Origin: Escherichia phage RB16
Sequence record: NC_014467.1
DNA: 64,000 nucleotides
Reading direction: 5' to 3' (one strand)
In this document: one piece after another, positions 62,500 through 64,000 of the stretch
How positions within the stretch are numbered: position 1 is the first letter of the stretch
Layout of the letters: every line of letters starts with the position of its first letter
Notes under the pieces: generated by a model
What the model was told of the DNA's origin: nothing
The model's database searches: none
What the model saw: only the letters and a program-made list of their open reading frames with translations
Position numbers and translations under genes: made by a program

Positions 62500-62672
62500 A
62501 TTTCGATATTTGGTGAGTAAGTAACGTTCACCATCGGCATAGTGCGGTATTTGTAAGCGGCTTTGTACGCGTCAAGTTCAGTCGGAACACAGAAAGAGAA
62601 ACCGTCGTCATAACGTTCTGCGTTAGAAACTTCACAACCAACTACAGCAGCAATATTTTTGTTCATGTTCAT
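62469..62672 (-). CDS. hypothetical protein (67 aa)
   Basis: ORF downstream of promoter cassette. Confidence 0.45.
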   Translation of the reverse strand: MNMNKNIAAVVGCEVSNAERYDDGFSFCVPTELDAYKAAYKYRTMPMVNVTYSPNIEMWVVQVYNKV

Positions 62673-62750
62673 GATGTTTTCCTTTCTGTGTTTCGTTTCG
62701 ATGTGTGTAATATAACAAAGCCCTTACAGTAATACAAGGGCTTTTTCAAT
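62673..62750 (-). promoter_or_regulatory. promoter/stem-loop cassette (TTGTAT in hairpin AGCCCTTGTATTACTGTAAGGGCT, 17-bp spacer, TATATT)
   Basis: Read on minus strand. Confidence 0.55.
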
Positions 62751-63059
62751 TTATTCGAATTTTTTTGGCAACTGGTCTACAAGTGTTTGAGTTTGATGAA
62801 GTTCTTCACTCAATTTATCACGATATTGAACCAGTTCGCGGGTTCGTGATGCGGAATAGCTAATGATTTTATCCGCGTTAGCCATGTAACCGTAACCAGC
62901 ACACGCGATTTCCAGTTTTGCGTTATCGCCGTTAGGTACGCGGATATGAGCATACGCCAGCAAGTTTTTAACCGCTTGTAACAGTTCATGATCTTCTTTA
63001 CCGATGATAAACTGGTTTGGTTCTACTGAATCAACATTCAGTTCTTCGTCTTTGTTCAT
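62751..63059 (-). CDS. hypothetical protein (102 aa)
   Basis: ORF track. Confidence 0.45.
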   Translation of the reverse strand: MNKDEELNVDSVEPNQFIIGKEDHELLQAVKNLLAYAHIRVPNGDNAKLEIACAGYGYMANADKIISYSASRTRELVQYRDKLSEELHQTQTLVDQLPKKFE

Positions 63060-63589
63060 TTTGCAGCCTTATACATTTCAATTACGCGTTTCATGTGCTC
63101 TTGTGATTGAGGCACACCAGCGAAATTCAATTTAATGAAGAATTCAAGACGATCCTTTTTATTACATTCATCCAACCCCAGGGCAGGTAATGACAGGTTT
63201 TCAAAGGCGCGTTGTTCGTGTCGCTGCATATCGTCCCAGAACAGACGGGAACCATCCGACATAGGAATCCCTATCTCACCTTCATAAACTTTGATAATCG
63301 TCGTCAGGCGTTGCTTGCCGTCGATTACTTCGACCCAGTGAGATTCGTTAAACTCGCTATCAACAGCGATCGCGATAATACCGCAAGGGAAACCCGTGAT
63401 CAACGTGGTCAGGAATTCATCTTGTTCTTTCTGCGTCCACACATAGGGGCGCTGATATGATGGATTCAGATCCAGATCCTTATTTTTCCACCAGTGGATA
63501 TAACTTCCAACCATGATCGCATGTTCACGACTTCTGAAAGTTATCCGTTCACGAATTCGGTTACGGGCTGGGATATCATCTTTAGACAT
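63056..63589 (-). CDS. DUF262 / ParB-like (sulfiredoxin-fold) domain protein, 177 aa
   Basis: Signature motifs QRPYVW and DGKQRLTT. Confidence 0.6.
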   Translation of the reverse strand: MSKDDIPARNRIRERITFRSREHAIMVGSYIHWWKNKDLDLNPSYQRPYVWTQKEQDEFLTTLITGFPCGIIAIAVDSEFNESHWVEVIDGKQRLTTIIKVYEGEIGIPMSDGSRLFWDDMQRHEQRAFENLSLPALGLDECNKKDRLEFFIKLNFAGVPQSQEHMKRVIEMYKAAK

Positions 63590-63911
63590 TATGGATCACC
63601 CACAGCAATAAACAAGAATTGATAACCGCGAAAGTGGTACAAATTGCAGCAAAAACACGCGCATTATGAACATCAGTTTTCAGTTCTGCGATCTCTTGAT
63701 CCTTTTCGCTTTCGAATTCGTCGCGGGTTCCGTAATAGCCAGGATCAGCAGGGGTAGAGATACGCACCGCATCTTTTTCTACAATAGTCGCATAACCATT
63801 GTTTACATTTGTTGCACCGTACCAATCACCACGGTCATTGTTAATGATCAGGTGTTGCCCCTTTTCATTGTGCTTTGCTTCACCAGTGACAACTACACGT
63901 TTACCGTTCAT
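63582..63911 (-). CDS. hypothetical protein with C-terminal membrane anchor (109 aa)
   Basis: ORF track; hydrophobic C-terminus. Confidence 0.45.
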   Translation of the reverse strand: MNGKRVVVTGEAKHNEKGQHLIINNDRGDWYGATNVNNGYATIVEKDAVRISTPADPGYYGTRDEFESEKDQEIAELKTDVHNARVFAAICTTFAVINSCLLLWVIHNV

Positions 63912-64000
63912 AATTTATTCCTTCACATGTTGTAACAGGAAGTCTAACAGATTTCCTTCCGCTTGCATAGCATAAACTTTATTAAGTTTTGCGATGTTTT

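Noticed and set aside
23859-62750. Possible CRISPR array suggested by repeated ~60-bp elements
   Set aside because: Repeats are irregularly spaced (kilobases apart), on both strands, and each sits directly upstream of an ORF with -35/-10 boxes; no repeat-spacer periodicity.
1-64000. Integrase, transposase or IS elements indicating a prophage or island
   Set aside because: No recombinase or transposase motifs seen; content and order fit a lytic T4-like genome, and mobile DNA is limited to homing endonuclease genes.

Overview
This window reads as a segment of a T4-like (Tevenvirinae-type) myovirus genome with unmodified-cytosine features, most similar in organisation to the RB43/RB16/RB49-type 'pseudo-T-even' phages; all calls are from reading the translations and DNA by eye, with no database search run. 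Positions 1-25.3 kb are a plus-strand early/DNA-metabolism block with T4 synteny: gp47/gp46 recombination nuclease, a J-domain protein, frd, td, nrdA, nrdB, denA, rnlA, pseT, cd, gp31, rIII-like, two tRNAs, a GrcA-like glycyl-radical cofactor, a NADAR protein and DNA ligase gp30. Positions 25.3-32.5 kb are a baseplate hub/wedge module (gp27 divergent from gp28-like, gp29, gp48, gp54, gp51-like, gp26-like, gp25). Positions 32.5-64 kb are a minus-strand accessory region of about 70 mostly small ORFs, including a vWA-domain protein cassette, C5-cytosine methyltransferase, Pol-beta-type nucleotidyltransferase, NMNAT-Nudix enzyme, SPFH protein, thymidine kinase, PIN-PhoH ATPase, T5-type M15 endolysin, a radical-SAM/SPASM-like protein and a DUF262/ParB-like protein. 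Six paralogous HNH-AP2 homing endonuclease genes and one LAGLIDADG-like gene are scattered through the window. A repeated promoter/stem-loop cassette (-35 TTGCAT-like inside a GC hairpin, exact 17-bp spacer, TATATT/TATTAT -10, conserved leader) occurs at least seven times. No td or nrdB intron, CRISPR array, integrase or transposase was seen. The strongest candidate for an undescribed system is the vWA cassette at 34.6-39.0 kb, flanked by two unrelated proteins that share an identical 16-residue N-terminal leader. Coordinates of hand-called starts, hairpins and promoters may be off by 1-2 nt.
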